A stretch of 64,000 nt of DNA from the human T2T-CHM13v2.0 reference genome, Homo sapiens: the NCBI RefSeq assembly GCF_009914755.1, contig NC_060942.1, one strand, 5' to 3'. The notes below the pieces were generated by a model. That model worked only from the letters and a program-made list of their open reading frames with translations. It made no database searches and was not told the DNA's origin. Positions 1 through 14,422 of this stretch are shown piece by piece. The stretch's first letter is position 1; each line of letters begins with the position of its first letter. The translations under genes were made by a program, and so were the position numbers.

Positions 1-182
1 TTGTTTCAGGTCTCAAAGTGCTAAAAGTCATCATATGAAAAAAACCAGAGAATCATATTACTTAATTAGTCACTCATATGGAATCTGCCCTTCCTTCTGA
101 CAACACTCTGCAGAAGCTTCCCCATCGAACACCACTTCTACCTTTCTCTTCCTCTGGCCTTGGGCCAGTGCTTAGTCGCTGC

Positions 183-186
<4 letters not shown>

Positions 187-216
<30 letters not shown>
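187..216 (+). repeat. Pure poly(A) tract (A30)
   Basis: Uninterrupted A run after GCTATT; no Alu or L1 body recognisable upstream. Confidence 0.95.
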
Positions 217-219
<3 letters not shown>

Positions 220-416
220 GTTCCTTGCTATCTTGTAGGGTTTGTGGAGTATTAGAGAGGGTCTGGCACATTTTTTGGCAGTATTGTAAAGTAGAGAGCC
301 CTGGATAGGGAGTCAGGAAATTGGAATTCTTGTCTTAGCTCTTGAGCCTTGTAGTCTTGGGTAAATCATTGACCCTCAGTAAAATCAGATATTTTCAGGC
401 AAGATCTAGATAAGTG

Positions 417-590
417 AGTCTCATTCTTGGCTGGGTATTGGAATCATCCAGGAAGCATTTTTTTTTTTATGCTGGTGCCTGGGACCCAGTTAAACCCTGA
501 TTTAACTGTTTTGAGGTACAGCCGAGGCATCTGGAGTTTTTTTAAGTTTCCAGGATTGGTATTAACAGGTAGCCAGGATTGAGAACCACT
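417..590. mobile_element. MER5A-like hAT-Charlie MITE, inside a MIR-like relic (~290-620)
   Basis: GGAATCATCCAGGAAGC...GGCATCTGGAGTTTTTTTAAGTTTCCAGG...GCCAGGATTGAGAACCACT resembles the MER5A consensus and terminus. Confidence 0.7.
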
Positions 591-1094
591 TATCCAGATG
601 ATCTCTAAATTCTAACCTAGGGTTTACCAGTAATTATTGTTCAAGCAAGATGAGTCAACAGAACTAGGTCTTGAAAAGTATTATATCTAAAGGAATTCTG
701 GCTGTGGGAAGATAAAACTACAGTTAAGAAGCACTTTTCCATGATTTTTCAAGACTGTTGTTTGTGCCTGTCTGATGCATTATCATCTTAACTAATGATT
801 TACACCATGAGTTGCAGTATTTAGCTTGTGGCATATGCCGTAAGGAAGATTAAAACAACAACACCTTTATACGGATGCCTCAGAACAGGGGTGTGAATGT
901 CCTACCCTCAACCCGTCAGTTACCTTGTCCTCTTTCTGTAGTCTTCCAGGCTTCCTCCAGCTCTACGGTCCACAACACTATCTACACCTACCAGAAATCT
1001 ACACTTACAATAAAGCAAAACAGCTGACACTGGTGACGTGTGTCTATTTAGGTAGGCTGAGGGAGAAAGAGGAAGAAAATTGCACTGTTTAAAG

Positions 1095-1432
1095 TAGCAG
1101 TCCCCAACTTTTTTGGCACCAGGGACTGATTTTCTGGAAGCCAATTTTTTCCATGGACTGGGAAGTGGGGCTGGCGGGGGTGGTTTCAGGATGAAACTGT
1201 TCCACCAGAGATCATTAGGTATTAGATTCTTATAAGGAGCACACAACCTAGATCCCTCACACTCACAGTTTACAATAGGGTTTGTGATCCTATTAGAATC
1301 CAATGCTGCCACTGATCTGATGGGAGGTGGAACTCAGGTGGTAATGCTTGCTCGCCTGCCGCTCATCTTCCGCTGTGCGGCCCAGTTCCTAACAGGCCAC
1401 AGACCAGTATTGGTTAGGGTTGGGGACCCATG
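1095..1432. mobile_element. MER1B hAT-Charlie MITE, full length
   Basis: 338 bp; ends GTCCCCAAC...GTTGGGGACC are inverted; perfect 8-bp TSD GTTTAAAG at 1087-1094 and 1433-1440, the hAT hallmark. Confidence 0.9.
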
Positions 1433-1459
1433 GTTTAAAGGATAGCAAGAACTGAAAGC

Positions 1460-2062
<603 letters not shown>

Positions 2063-3034
2063 TTTTTTAAAGGTTAAAAACTGTGATAGTAGAGTTGCTG
2101 GCAAAATTCTTACTGGTGAAGGAGGTATTTTGTTTCATTTGGGAGATGGTGATCTTATGGGAGATTCTCAGTTGTCCTAAGACACACTGGACCCTCCCAG
2201 TACAGTCTTACGGGAAGGGAGGATATTAGTGCCTGGTGGGATGGAGACTGTGTAAACTACTGAAGTTCCAGACGGTGACATGGTGAGAGCAATTGGGAAA
2301 AACACAGCACAGTGTCCAAGCTCAGGGGTGGCTTAGGCAATTATCAAAGGCCAGGGCAGCCCATTTGGCAAGTAGGAGCTTGAGAGTCAAAGAGCCCAGA
2401 GGGCAGGGGACAGACAGCCTTGAGTTAGGTGACTCTGAGATGTTGTCAGTGCTCTTAGAACAAGACGCCTTCCAGTGGATGGTGATATGGTGGAAAATTC
2501 TAGCAACTCAGGAAAAGAGGGAGGAAGAGAAGAGGAAAGGTGTTCTGACCCCAGCCAAATGGGCTAGGATTCAAGGAAGGGCTCAAGTCCCAGAAGAGGG
2601 GATCAGATAGGGTATAGGATGGATGGGAGCAATATGTCAACACTGACACCGAAGGAAGCACAATGCAGGCTTTCAGTTTGCCTGATGGCAACAAAGGCAG
2701 TTGGACTGCCCTGGCTCACCAGGAATCAAATCTGTCAGGAAAGATTCTTAATGACAATCCCTACCAGTTGGGAGACTAGGATGGTAAGTTATTTTGGCCC
2801 AGCATGAGGGGTGAATTTGGGTGTACAGCTGCAGCTCATTCACCCATTTAGCTGTGGGGAGCTGAGAATGAACAAGGCAGATAAAATGGAGCAAGTCCTA
2901 GTTCTCCTGAAATGATCTCAGATGGACAGGTGCCTACTCTGCTTGTGTTTGAAACACTGAGGGAAAAAAATCAGAACCTTCCTGTCATCCACAGTGCCAG
3001 CTCTATCCTAGGTCACTGTGCACCTTCAACTTTA

Positions 3035-3335
<301 letters not shown>

Positions 3336-3421
3336 TTACTTATAGATCTGGTCTTGCAATAACACAGAGATACACCTCATATAGACTATTTCAGAAGCAC
3401 ATCAGGGAAGTTCTTAGTCAC

Positions 3422-3787
3422 TGTATTAGTTCATTCTCAGGTTGCTATAAAAAACTACCTGAGCCTGGATAATTTATAAAGAAAAGGGGTTTAATTGGCT
3501 CAAGGTTCCACTGGCTGTAAAGGAAGCATGGCTGGGGAGGCCTCAGAAAACTTACAATCATGGTGGAAGGTGAAGGGGAAGCAGGCACATCTACATGGCA
3601 GGAGCAGGAGGAAGAGAGAAGGGAAAGGTGCTACTCACTTTTAAACAACCAGATCTCAGGAGAATTCACTGTATCATGAGAATAGCAAGGGGGAAATTCG
3701 CCCCCATGATCCAATCCACCTTCCACCAGGCCCCTCTTCCAACACTGGGGATTACAATTCAACATGAGCTTTGGGTGGGTACACATA
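3422..3787 (-). mobile_element. MaLR solo LTR (MSTA/MSTB-like)
   Basis: Begins TGTATTAGTTCATTCTC...GCTATAAA; contains CTTACAATCATGGTGGAAGG and CCCCCATGATCCAATC; ends ATTACAATTCAACATGAG. Confidence 0.88.
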
Positions 3788-3965
3788 TTGGTTTGGGTTT
3801 TTGTCCCTGCCCAAATCTCATGTTGTGGATTTTTCACACTTTCCAAGAGTGAGAGGAAGCAAATATGGACTATTGTCCTTCAAAAGAGACTAACATACTA
3901 GCATCATAAGAATTTACCCAGTTTTCTTAGTGACTGTCTTCTACAAATTCCCATCCACCAAATAA

Positions 3966-4237
<272 letters not shown>

Positions 4238-4269
4238 AACTTCACTTTTATGCTTGCTTTGATTGACCA

Positions 4270-4505
4270 TGCAGTATGCCATAGTGGTAAGAACATAATG
4301 GAAGAACTTATCTATGAGTAACTTCTGGCTTCATTGCTTATTTATTGGAACATTTGGGGAAAATAACTAACTTGTGAGCCTCAGTTTCCTTGTGTTCCAA
4401 TGAATTTAACAACATCTGCTCCATTTACCAACTTCACAGGGTAGTTGAGAGAATTAATGTGATAACTTGGCTAAAGAAATTCACATGCCAGCAAGTGTCA
4501 ATGCA
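4270..4505 (+). mobile_element. MIR relic
   Basis: Core-like GAGCCTCAGTTTCCT...ACAGGGTAGTTGAGAGAATTAA. Confidence 0.6.
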
Positions 4506-6139
4506 GAGGGGCTAATTCTCCCAGAAAGGATAGACCTAAATTTCTGGGTGGTTAGAAAAAGGATTGAAACTACATTTTTATTTGGAAGGCAAAGCTCAGC
4601 TAAAACTTCGATGTTGATTCTCACCTGGTGGCAGTTCCTCAAGAGCAGATTCCTCATGGGAAAAAATATTTAGGTTTTTCCAAAGGGGATAGGGTTTTGC
4701 ACAATGCTAGCCTATGTAAATGTAAGATCTTAGTCCTTTGATTTCCATTATACTTAGCATTCTTATTTGTCTTATGTTAACAAAGGTGCATGTTATAAAC
4801 AGGAGGGACTTCTGATGCTGCTTTAAATCTGGTGTTTTTGTTTGGTTGGTTGGTTGGTCAAAGTGACTTTCACAATTAAAACCTTGAGCCTGACTCTCTC
4901 TTAGTGACTCCATTCCTTTGAGAGACTTCAAAGGAAACTTAATAGAATCATGGCATTTGAGCAGGAAATTCAAAGAAATGGCAATCAAACAAGAGGCTTA
5001 TTTTATTTTTTGAGAGAAAATTTTACAAATTTCATCCTCAGTGGTAGAAACAGTTTTGTTGGCTTGACTGCAGCTGTGATAAACAGAGCACTCCTTGCTG
5101 TTTTGCATGTAGATGTTTATGCATGACCAGGGAAGTGCTGAAGCATTCCTCGTTAACTCACACACCTACAGCTTTCATAAAATCTAAGTGAAAACAATCA
5201 GTGCAAAAGGTTTGAATTCTGAGTCATATATCAGCATTCTCAACCCAAGCTCCACATCATTTAGTGAAAATGCTGTTATTTCTTCGTAAAACATTACTGT
5301 TTTTTTTACCTGCCTCTATTTTTCCATAAGCATTGTTTCTCCCTGCATTTAAGGAAGAATTTGGTATGATGGAAAGCACTTTATTATTCTTTTCGCTAAA
5401 CAAAATTGGGTTGACTCCACTGTTTACAGTTTGTATGGCTGGGGCAAGGTATCTTACCTGTTTTCTACTGTAAACTGGATACAACCTCAGAGCCTTTCTC
5501 TGAGGAATGAGAAGTCAACATGTGTAAAGCGCACGGGATATCATAGTGAATGCTCTATAAATAATTTCTCTCTGGCTTTTTTTTTTTGGTCTCCTAACAT
5601 CTATTCAAGCTTTTATTTCATTTTGATTCTCAGTTCTGTTTCTCAAATTTCAGATCAAGGATGCTTTAGAAGTAGAAGTAGCCTATTACAACATTCATCT
5701 TATGGGCTCCGGGAAAACACCGGGTGGGGCCAGAAAGCTGAAATGATTTCCCCAAGATGAGACAGAGAGTCTCAGAGCCAACCCATGGTTCCTGATTCTA
5801 AGACTAGTGCTCTTGCTATTAAAAAATATTCAACTGTTTCTTTAACTGATTAGCAGAATTTATTTCAAGACTGCTTTGCCTAAAATTATCTATAAGACAG
5901 TTACATAAGCCTTTAACTCTAATTTCTTAATACCAATCCAGGATCTTTTCAGTTACTGGAGCTTCACTGTACTGCTATCTTTAGGGTACACGCCAATAAA
6001 AAATATTTGTCAGAGGTTATTTACAAGAAGTTCTTTTGCTACTTTGGTAATAAATTATTCTTAGATCCTTAGATCATACGCAGTATGGGCCAACCCTTAG
6101 AGCAATTATCACAACCACAAACTCTTCTAAAAACTGACA

Positions 6140-6420
6140 TAGCACCTGCTGAGCAAGACTGCCTTAGGAAATTCCTTATCCATTCTTTGGCTACAATTCC
6201 CTACTACATTTTGGCCTCGGCTAATTGGACCAGAGGGTGAACACCTGACCAAAGGCAAACATTCCATTGGCTGGTCAGCATCCTATTAGGAGGCCTGAAA
6301 TGAAAGCTTTGACCAATAAAAATCAAGATAACAGGTCCAATTAGATTCTATCTCAGAGTGAAAAAGAGTCAAAGTCAACTAGTTTCTAACAAATGCTGTG
6401 ATCCACACTTCAGATTGGAG
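6140..6420. mobile_element. Old ERVL-type LTR fragment (LTR33/LTR50/LTR67-like)
   Basis: GCTAATTGGACCAGAGGGTGAACACCTGACC...CCAATTAGATTCT motif typical of these LTRs; subfamily uncertain. Confidence 0.45.
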
Positions 6421-6618
6421 TCTGTGAAATATGCACCAACTTCAAGACAATTCCGTGGTAAAACTGGAAAAAATTAGTCATTAAGACATTAGCCAGGATG
6501 TTAGTGGTATGAGAGGATATAAACATGCAGCCTTGAAATTAAAATACATAGCCTTTAGGCTTTGACCTAGATATCTCAGCAAAGTGAACAAAGAATAGCA
6601 TTAAAAGTAAATAAAAGA

Positions 6619-6710
6619 TTGAGGCAGGAGGATAGCTTGAAGTCAGGAGTTTGAGATTGGCCTGTGCAGTACAGCGAGACCTCTTCTCTACATAAAAATG
6701 TTAAAATTAG
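6619..6710 (+). mobile_element. Alu left-arm / FLAM fragment
   Basis: GAGGCAGGAGGATAGCTTGAAGTCAGGAGTTTGAGA...GCGAGACCTCTTCTCTAC...AAAATTAG. Confidence 0.75.
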
Positions 6711-7609
6711 ATACAAATATAAGCCCGTAAATAATCTTTGATCTTAAAATTTCTAATTTGGAAAAGTGTCATTTGTATGGTGTTCTATATTATTAATGGT
6801 TTCAAACTTTAATCAGAGATATCTTTCCTTTTCAGGCAAAGCACACACCATGAAAGATACTGCTAAAAGTTTTTAATATTGCCAGTAATATTATCAAGGT
6901 AATTAAAGGGCTTGTAATAATATTTTGTAATAATATCTGAATATCTTAGTGATTAAATTTGGAAAAGCCAAACTAGATAGAGAATGACACTGAGAAGAGT
7001 AGATAGCACAGGGTCCAAGGTCAGGCGTGGTTCAACAATTGTCCATAGAAAGTCTTTGTTTTGATCAGGATATATGAGTTGGAAAATTTCGTGATCGTGG
7101 ATGAAGTTTTCTTTGTACTTTCATGAAAAACTACCATTTAAAATTTGGCAGATGTTTAAAAATGATGATTTTTTTAAAACTACCATACTAGACAATGTCA
7201 TTTGTAAATCAATGTGTAATTAAAACATTTTGAAAAGATGCCCATACCAGACCTCCAGATTTTCTCCACATTTGAGTAACTTGGAATTTGATTTTCTTCA
7301 TAGCCTGTTAGCCATTTTGACTGAAACAGGACCACACCAAAGGCAAAGGCTGGTTGTTTCAGTCCAGAGATGTGCCTCCATAGAAGAATTACTTTGAACA
7401 AATCTTAATAGATTTTAGGAAAATATTTTAAAATCAACTGTTGGAGAATTTAACTATTTTCAGATGAACAGTTTATTGCTTGATTGTTTTTCCCTTCTTA
7501 TTCTTCCATGTGGTTTTATGCAGAAGTGATCTGGTTGTAAAATATGAAGAGATGGCAATAAACTCATTTGGCATTATTTGGATCAAGCAGCTGGTTGACT
7601 TAAATCAGT

Positions 7610-8335
7610 TATATCACTTCTGTCCACCTCCATGCGAAGCACTGGTCCAGACCACCATCTCCCTCACCTGGGTTACTACAGCAGCTCCCAGCTGGTCTCT
7701 CTGCTCCTCTTCTCACTTCTCCAATCTATTCTCAATGAAGAAGCACAAATGAAAAAATATTAATTGTATCATGTCACTCGCCTTCATTCATTTAATGAGC
7801 CCTAATCACAACTCTTTAGCTTCCTGCCACATTCAGAGTAAAACAATTTCCCATTCTGGCTTTTAGGGCCATCCTTGATCTTGCCCTTGACTCTTTCCAA
7901 TCTTGACTCCTCTTTCCCTGGGTCACAATCCTCTAGCCCCACTGGGCTCCTCTCATTCCACCCCTGGAGCACACAAGCTTTTCCTCACCTCAAGGCTGTG
8001 CACATGTTCTTTGCTCTCTCTACTGATGGTCTCTCCCTTTCCTCTCCTTTTTTTCTCAAAAAGAAACCCCTCTTCTTTTCAGGATAATGTCAACTCTTCA
8101 AGTAAGCCTTTAGCACCCAGCTAAAAGATCCCGTCCATCTCAGTCCCTTGCTGGTTATCTTCTCAGCGCATATCACAATTAAGAATGGCTCTATTGCTTT
8201 ATTCTGTGTTATCCATGGGAGCTGACAAATGTCTGTCCTCTTAACTCATATCTTCCCAGCATCCAGCAGAGTGCCTTGCCCATGGTAGGTATCTAATAGG
8301 TATTTTTTGAATTAATAAGTGAATGAACAAATGAT
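7610..8335 (+). mobile_element. L2 3' region relic
   Basis: ACCACCATCTCCCTCACCTGG...TTCCTCACCTCAAGGC...CCAGCAGAGTGCCTTGCCCATGGTAGGTATCTAATA...TGAATGAA, the typical L2 3' end. Confidence 0.7.
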
Positions 8336-11300
8336 ATTTCTTTCTGAAATCTTTGTCATCAATCTAATCTGAAGATTGGGGATATTCTAAATACAGTTTA
8401 AATAGCCTTATATTTCTTATTCTCAGAAAATGGCCAAGATATACTTCTGGGGCTGAATGGCTAGACCTGTTTTCCTATGGGAGGGTATGGGGATTCTAGC
8501 CATGTGAGATAGCCCATATTTTCCATCTTGTGTCATGCCAGCACTCAGCAGTTTTTATCCCAGTCTTAGTATAGCCCTGAAATCATGGGAGAATATGAAT
8601 ACAGTGAAGTTCAGATGGAGGGTGGCTCAGAGTAGGTTCCCTGGACTAGAGTCCAGCAACTAAAATCCAACTAGTCAGGCCAATGGCAAATGGGCAGCTC
8701 CTGGGCACCACGCAGGTTGCTACAAAGAACTCAGATTGAGTTTAGGAGCTACTCAGAGGAACCTGGAACACAACACTGCATCAGCCTGGAGAACACTTTC
8801 AAATGCTGAGAGCTTTCCTTACTCCAAGGGCATGTTTGTGAGCTATACTATCCAACCCCCAACCCCTCATACTTGGAGAGATGTAAATCTGAATGACACT
8901 TAAGCTCTTTCTCTCTCGTGGATATAGACTGAGATCTTCTATGGGCAAATCATTTTCTAAAGAGGTATGTCATTTCATAGTTTCTTCCTAGATTTGAGGG
9001 GATGATGCTATCAATTGTCCCTTAGCCTTTAGAAGAGAGTAGCCTAAGTTGAAGAGTTGCTTTTGTCATGCTAACCAACAGCCAAAGCAGCAGGAATTGT
9101 GTGATTGAGGGGAACTTCAGGCAGCCCAGGAGTTGCAGGAGTTTATATTCTCTCTCTGTGGCCTACTCAAAGGACTTTCTGATACATACACCTCCAGGGG
9201 AGTGGATAGAGTTTATCACATAAACTCCTCTAGGGAGGATTACTTAGGTAAGACTGGAAACTCAGAGGATCTGAGTAGGGCCAAAAGCCAGAAACTGGTA
9301 CTCTGAATTATAATCCAGATGTCCAGTGGGAAATGCAGCTTGGGAGAGACCTGCACAAAAGTCCTCCAGCATTTTTGTAGTTTTTGGATCGTTTACTTTA
9401 ACAAGCTCTTCCCCCACTGCACTCCCACCTCTACCTTTGTTTGTTCAACCTTTCCTATATTGACTTTAAATTAAAAATAAATTTTACAAAACATAACACA
9501 ATAGAGATTCGATGGCTAAGTGATCACACAGCATTTGCCCCAAAGAATGAAACAATTAAAATCCCATCAGTCTTGATAACGTTTTGTACCGTGATGCTAG
9601 ACTTCCTGTTGCTTTGACCTCTCTCCTTCCGGCATCCTGTCCGGGGACAGAAATGACACCACAAACGTTTCCTGTGCCTGTCCTCTCCACTTCTGACCCC
9701 TCACTACATCCTCTCTCCATCTATTTGGAGAGCAATGATTTGGTTCCTTTGGAATTCCTCCCAGTTCATATATTTGATGACACTTGTTGCTAATTTGGGA
9801 TGCCGACAATGCAGGCAAAAGCCCGGGCTGAGCTCATACCAGCCTTTAGCCTCCTACGCCACTAGCATACTGGCAAATTGGAAATGCAATATTCTTAGCT
9901 ATTTTTGGTCATAATTTGTTGTGGGATCCCTTCTCACTGCAGTCTTCCTGAGTATCCTGGATATCTGAAATAAATTAATATCTTAAACTCTTTTAGATAC
10001 TTTTTCTGTGCCCACTCATTTTGAAAACACCTCTTGAAGTATCATAAATCAGTGTCCTGCTGTGCAACTGTGGGAAGGGTCCTCTGGACAGAGGCTGAGG
10101 TCAAGGACTCCAAGTCTGGGACCAAGGAGCTACCATCTTGCTATTTGCCCTGGTGCCATAGGAGCCTTCCTTTTCTTCCCCAAGCATCTCATGTCTGTAG
10201 AATTAAGATGTCAGCCCATAGCATAACAGCCAATGGCCAGCCATGCTTAATGCTGTGGTCTGCAGAGCATTCAGTACATTGTTGCCAGCCAGAAGATATT
10301 AAATACAAGTCATGACCATACTACCATAGAATAATAATTAAAAGAAGATGAGTTCTGTTGCCTTCATGGTACTCTCCTCCCCATAATTTAGCAGCTGATG
10401 GGATTGGGAAGCCAGGCCAGGTACAGAAATGGGGCCCCAGGTGCTGTCTGCATACCTTCCCTGCACCAGGAGGCCTTGGTTCTGAGCCCTGTGCTGTCTG
10501 CCTGCTGGCCAGCTGCCTGTGGACACCCACAGATGCCCCCCTGCTGCTCCAGACACACCACTGGAATCTATTCCCAAACAGCACATGTTGGGTTCACATT
10601 TTCATCCTCTTCCTTCTTAAGATGAAATCTCCCATTTTTTCCTCTACTGAGAGACCCTACTAACTTACTTTTTCTGAATCCACACCTGAACATGATCACT
10701 TACCTTTCAGAAGCCAAAAATTAATTACTGGCCTTGCCCAAATCTGCATATCCAGAGCCTAGAAATGCTAGAAGTATTTTGCAAAGTGCCTGGCACAGAG
10801 AAGGCATTGACTATGTGGCTTACTGAAGGGAGGGAAGAGACAGAGACAGGAGAGGGAGTAGGAAAGAGGGAGTGAGAAACATTCTAAAACCCAGAGACAT
10901 TCTAATGTTAAGCCTTCCTTGGGTCATTCCAAGCCTTTCAAAGAGACCTACATCTAAGAGAAAACTATGATTTTACCACCTTATGTGGTTATGTGCTTTT
11001 ATGACTATCAAAGATATGGAGATGCCAGGAAGAACAGATTGACAATAGCAGCAACAAAAGCAGTACCTAAGAGTTATGAGAACTTTTTGGGAGGCACTTT
11101 GAAATCTTTGACACGTGTGGACTCATTGAATTTCCAAAACAATGTCATGGATATAGTGAGTAATACTGTTATAGCTATTTGATAGATGAGCAGATGGAAT
11201 TTAGAGAGATTGAGTAACGTAAAAGTTAGGAAGTTGGAGGGGGTGGTGTTGAATTAGATGTCACATCTACTTAGGGGTTTCTTTAGGTCTTCTCTGAAGG

Positions 11301-12753
11301 TTCTATGACCCTTCTCCATGGTTCCAAGTTCTCAGAATGTGAAGAAGGCAGGCTCAGTGTCATCTTTTCCTGCTGTCTTAACTTGAATGCTTTATGATTT
11401 GATACCCTGAATCCTCTTTGCAACTCTACTTCGGTTGGGATCTCCTGGTGCCCAGCATACCTGTCTCCCTAATCCCACAGCCTCCTGAAACAGCCACGTT
11501 CCTTCCCTGTATTGCCTCCTCGTCTTTCAGTGGGGGGTGACAACAATTCAGGCTCTTTCAGTTGGGTGCCATCAAGGCTTTTGTGAGTTGCTGCTATGGA
11601 GACAAAGCACAGGTACCGTTTCCATTTGCCACCAATTGCTATTAAAAGACAGGCACGGGATGGGAGCCCAAGATGTTCAGTGAATCAACCTGGAACTTAC
11701 CCCTTTTTGAAAATTCTAATAGAGGGTAATTCATGCATGTTTGTTGGTGAGCCATCTGCCTCAGGGACCAAGCACAGGTTAGATAATTAAACTCAACCTG
11801 TTCCTGCATGGCTGTCTGACTTACCATTTACCTCATTTCAGACTACTCGCCTCCAAAAACCCACTCTCCAAACTGGTTAACTCATTGTTCCCCCAAAACA
11901 CCTGTCCTGCCTTCTTATTTTTACTCATGCCATCCCATCCACCTGGAATGCCCTTACTTTACTCTCCCTTTCCAGATCCTTATCATTTTCTTCACAATAT
12001 GTTCCCCAATCACCTTGCTCACAATGATCAGTCTCTCCCTTGGATTCCAATAGTAACGAATTCTATATAATTTGTCTGGTAATTAATCACATGCTGCCTT
12101 ACAACATTCTACTCTTACCTTAAACTGTTATTTAAATCTTTAATTTTAACATAACTGTTTCCATATGTTTGTCTTATTTCCTTAATTGGAATATAAGATC
12201 TTCAAAGGCAGGAGATATATTATATAATTGTATCCCCTTTAGTACTTGGTATGGGGCTGATTGTTCATCTTTTTTTTTTTTTCCTTTTTTTTTGGCAAGT
12301 GGACAGCCAAAATTATAAAATTTCAGCCAATTACTTTGGTAATAATAGATCAATAATAGTCAAACATGTATGAATGAGTGGAGAACGTGAGACACTTTCT
12401 AACCCAGAGAACTGAGGAATGAGCAGGAACAAGAGGACTTTTAGGAGTCCACTGGCCATATCTCTTTCAGGAAGCTTTCAGTCTGCTTCCTTTCTTCCAA
12501 AGGAAGACATATAATTCTAGAAAAATGCCTCCATAATTCTTCGTTTGTCTCTCTTTTTCTCTTCCCCATCCCTTCCACCTTGCAACATGCATACTTTATT
12601 TCTTCTCTTTTTCTTTCCTCTTGAGTACTCATAAAGACACGTCCTAATGCTTTTACTGTGGCTGTGACATCTTCCTTTGCTACTCAAGGCCAGGGAGTTT
12701 GAACCCTCATTGCACAAAGAAATAATTAAAAAGACCTTAATGAAATTAGTATA

Positions 12754-13280
12754 TGTGGTAGGCAGCCTCTGTGATGACCCTCAAGGACCCCAGACTCCTA
12801 ATATACACACCTCTGTAGAGTCACATTCCTCGAGTGTGGGCTGGAACCAGTGACATGTTTTTAACAAGTGGAAAATAGCAAATGTGATAGTATGGCACTT
12901 TCCAGATAAGGTTCCAAAGAAACTTTGGTTTCTGTCTTGCCTGCCTTCCCCGCCTCCTTTCTCTGAGCCTTCCCTCTAGGGGAAGTTCCTCTAGGGAACA
13001 ACAACTCATATGTTGTGAACAGCCCTGGGAAGAGACCCATGAGGCAAGGAACTGCCAGTCCAAGGGCCCCGAGGTCAGCTGTGGGAATGAGCTGGGAAGT
13101 AGATTCACCCCAGTTGAGTCCTCACGGCCCTGGCCAACACTTCATGGTAGACCCTGAGCCAGAGAACTGAACTACGCCACCGAGATTCCTGACCCACTCT
13201 AGCTGTGAGATTGAAAACATTAGATGTTTTAAGCCACCAAATTTTCAGGTAATTTGGTATGCAATTAGATAACTAATACA
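12754..13280 (+). mobile_element. MaLR solo LTR (MLT1F-like)
   Basis: TGTGGTAGGCAGCC...AACTAATACA termini; near-TSD GTATA / GTATT. Confidence 0.8.
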
Positions 13281-13736
13281 GTATTTAATTATGGTTAACC
13301 ATTCAGAAAACAGGCAGGATCATCTGAATGCCTCTAATGATGTTTATAACATTTTCCTTTTGTAAGCTTGAAAAACATAGATGGTTCATTTCAGACAGAA
13401 TAATTGAGTTGATACTAAGTGGTTGGTCCACTTGCTCCATGTTCTATTGTCCGTCTTTGATCACAGTGAGTCTGGCTGATGATTAGCAATAGATCCAGAG
13501 CTGGGCCAAGATTTCACAGCTAGATAGATGTCTGATAAACTAAACAGTGTGGGACAAGTCACTTAGCCTGCTGTAATTCTCAAGATGATCAGGGAAAAAC
13601 TGGTATCCTCAGTGGCTTAGTCTCCAAAGTTCAGCAAAGTTCTAGTAATTACTCAGGAAAGAACTAAGCTTTTGCTTCACTATTTGAGATTGTACCTTCC
13701 CTAGTCAGGATAAATCTCACTTGTTTAATGGACAAA

Positions 13737-13959
13737 CTGGGATCAGCAAACCATAGCTCATAGGCCAAATCTACACCACTGCCTGTTTTTGTAAATAAGG
13801 TTTTATTGGGACATGGCCACACCCATTTTTAGATATGCCTGTCGCTGCCTTTGTACAGCAAGGACAAAGTTGAGAAGCTGCAACAGAGTCAGTGAAAGCC
13901 ACAAAGCCTAAATTTTTTATCATCTGACCCTTTGCAGAAAAAAAATGTGTTAGCCCCTG
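13737..13959. mobile_element. MER58A hAT MITE
   Basis: CAGCAAAC...GGCCAAATC...CTGCCTGTTTTTGTAAATAAGGTTTTATTGG...TTTGCAGAAAAAAAATGTGTTAGCCCCTG. Confidence 0.8.
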
Positions 13960-13997
13960 CTCTAAGACAGTGAATTGCAAACTGTATTTGAAGGAGC

Positions 13998-14240
13998 ACT
14001 GTTTCTACCAAATGGCATTAAATGTTACACGGGAAAACAATAGATAGGTTCCAAATGTTGGGAAATACCAGGTCATACAAAGTTAAACAAGTTGTTTGCT
14101 GCAGAATTTCTCTGAGCTCTTACTAAAGCTCCAAGAGGAGGATATGGAATGCTGCATGTTTTACAATTTTTTGGACCATAAAGCTCTTCATTTCAGAGAG
14201 CATCCCAAGAGACTAGTGTCCAATTTCCTGGGAAATGCTA
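13998..14240. mobile_element. hAT-Charlie MITE (MER103-like)
   Basis: TTGGGAAATACCAGG...ACAAAGTTAAACAAG...TGCAGAATTTCTCTGAGC...GACTAGTGT...GGGAAATGCT. Confidence 0.55.
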
Positions 14241-14422
14241 TTCTAGTGCTATGAGAGCAGCAGTTTTCAAAGCATTGACTTTGCAAGATATGGAGTAGAC
14301 ATAAGCATCACCAATTTTTGACTTTTAAAAACATCCACAACACTTGGAAAATACACAAGGAAACGGCCTTACTAATCGTGAGCTCAGTATACAACGGACA
14401 TTTGGAAAGTCAGATAAATATA

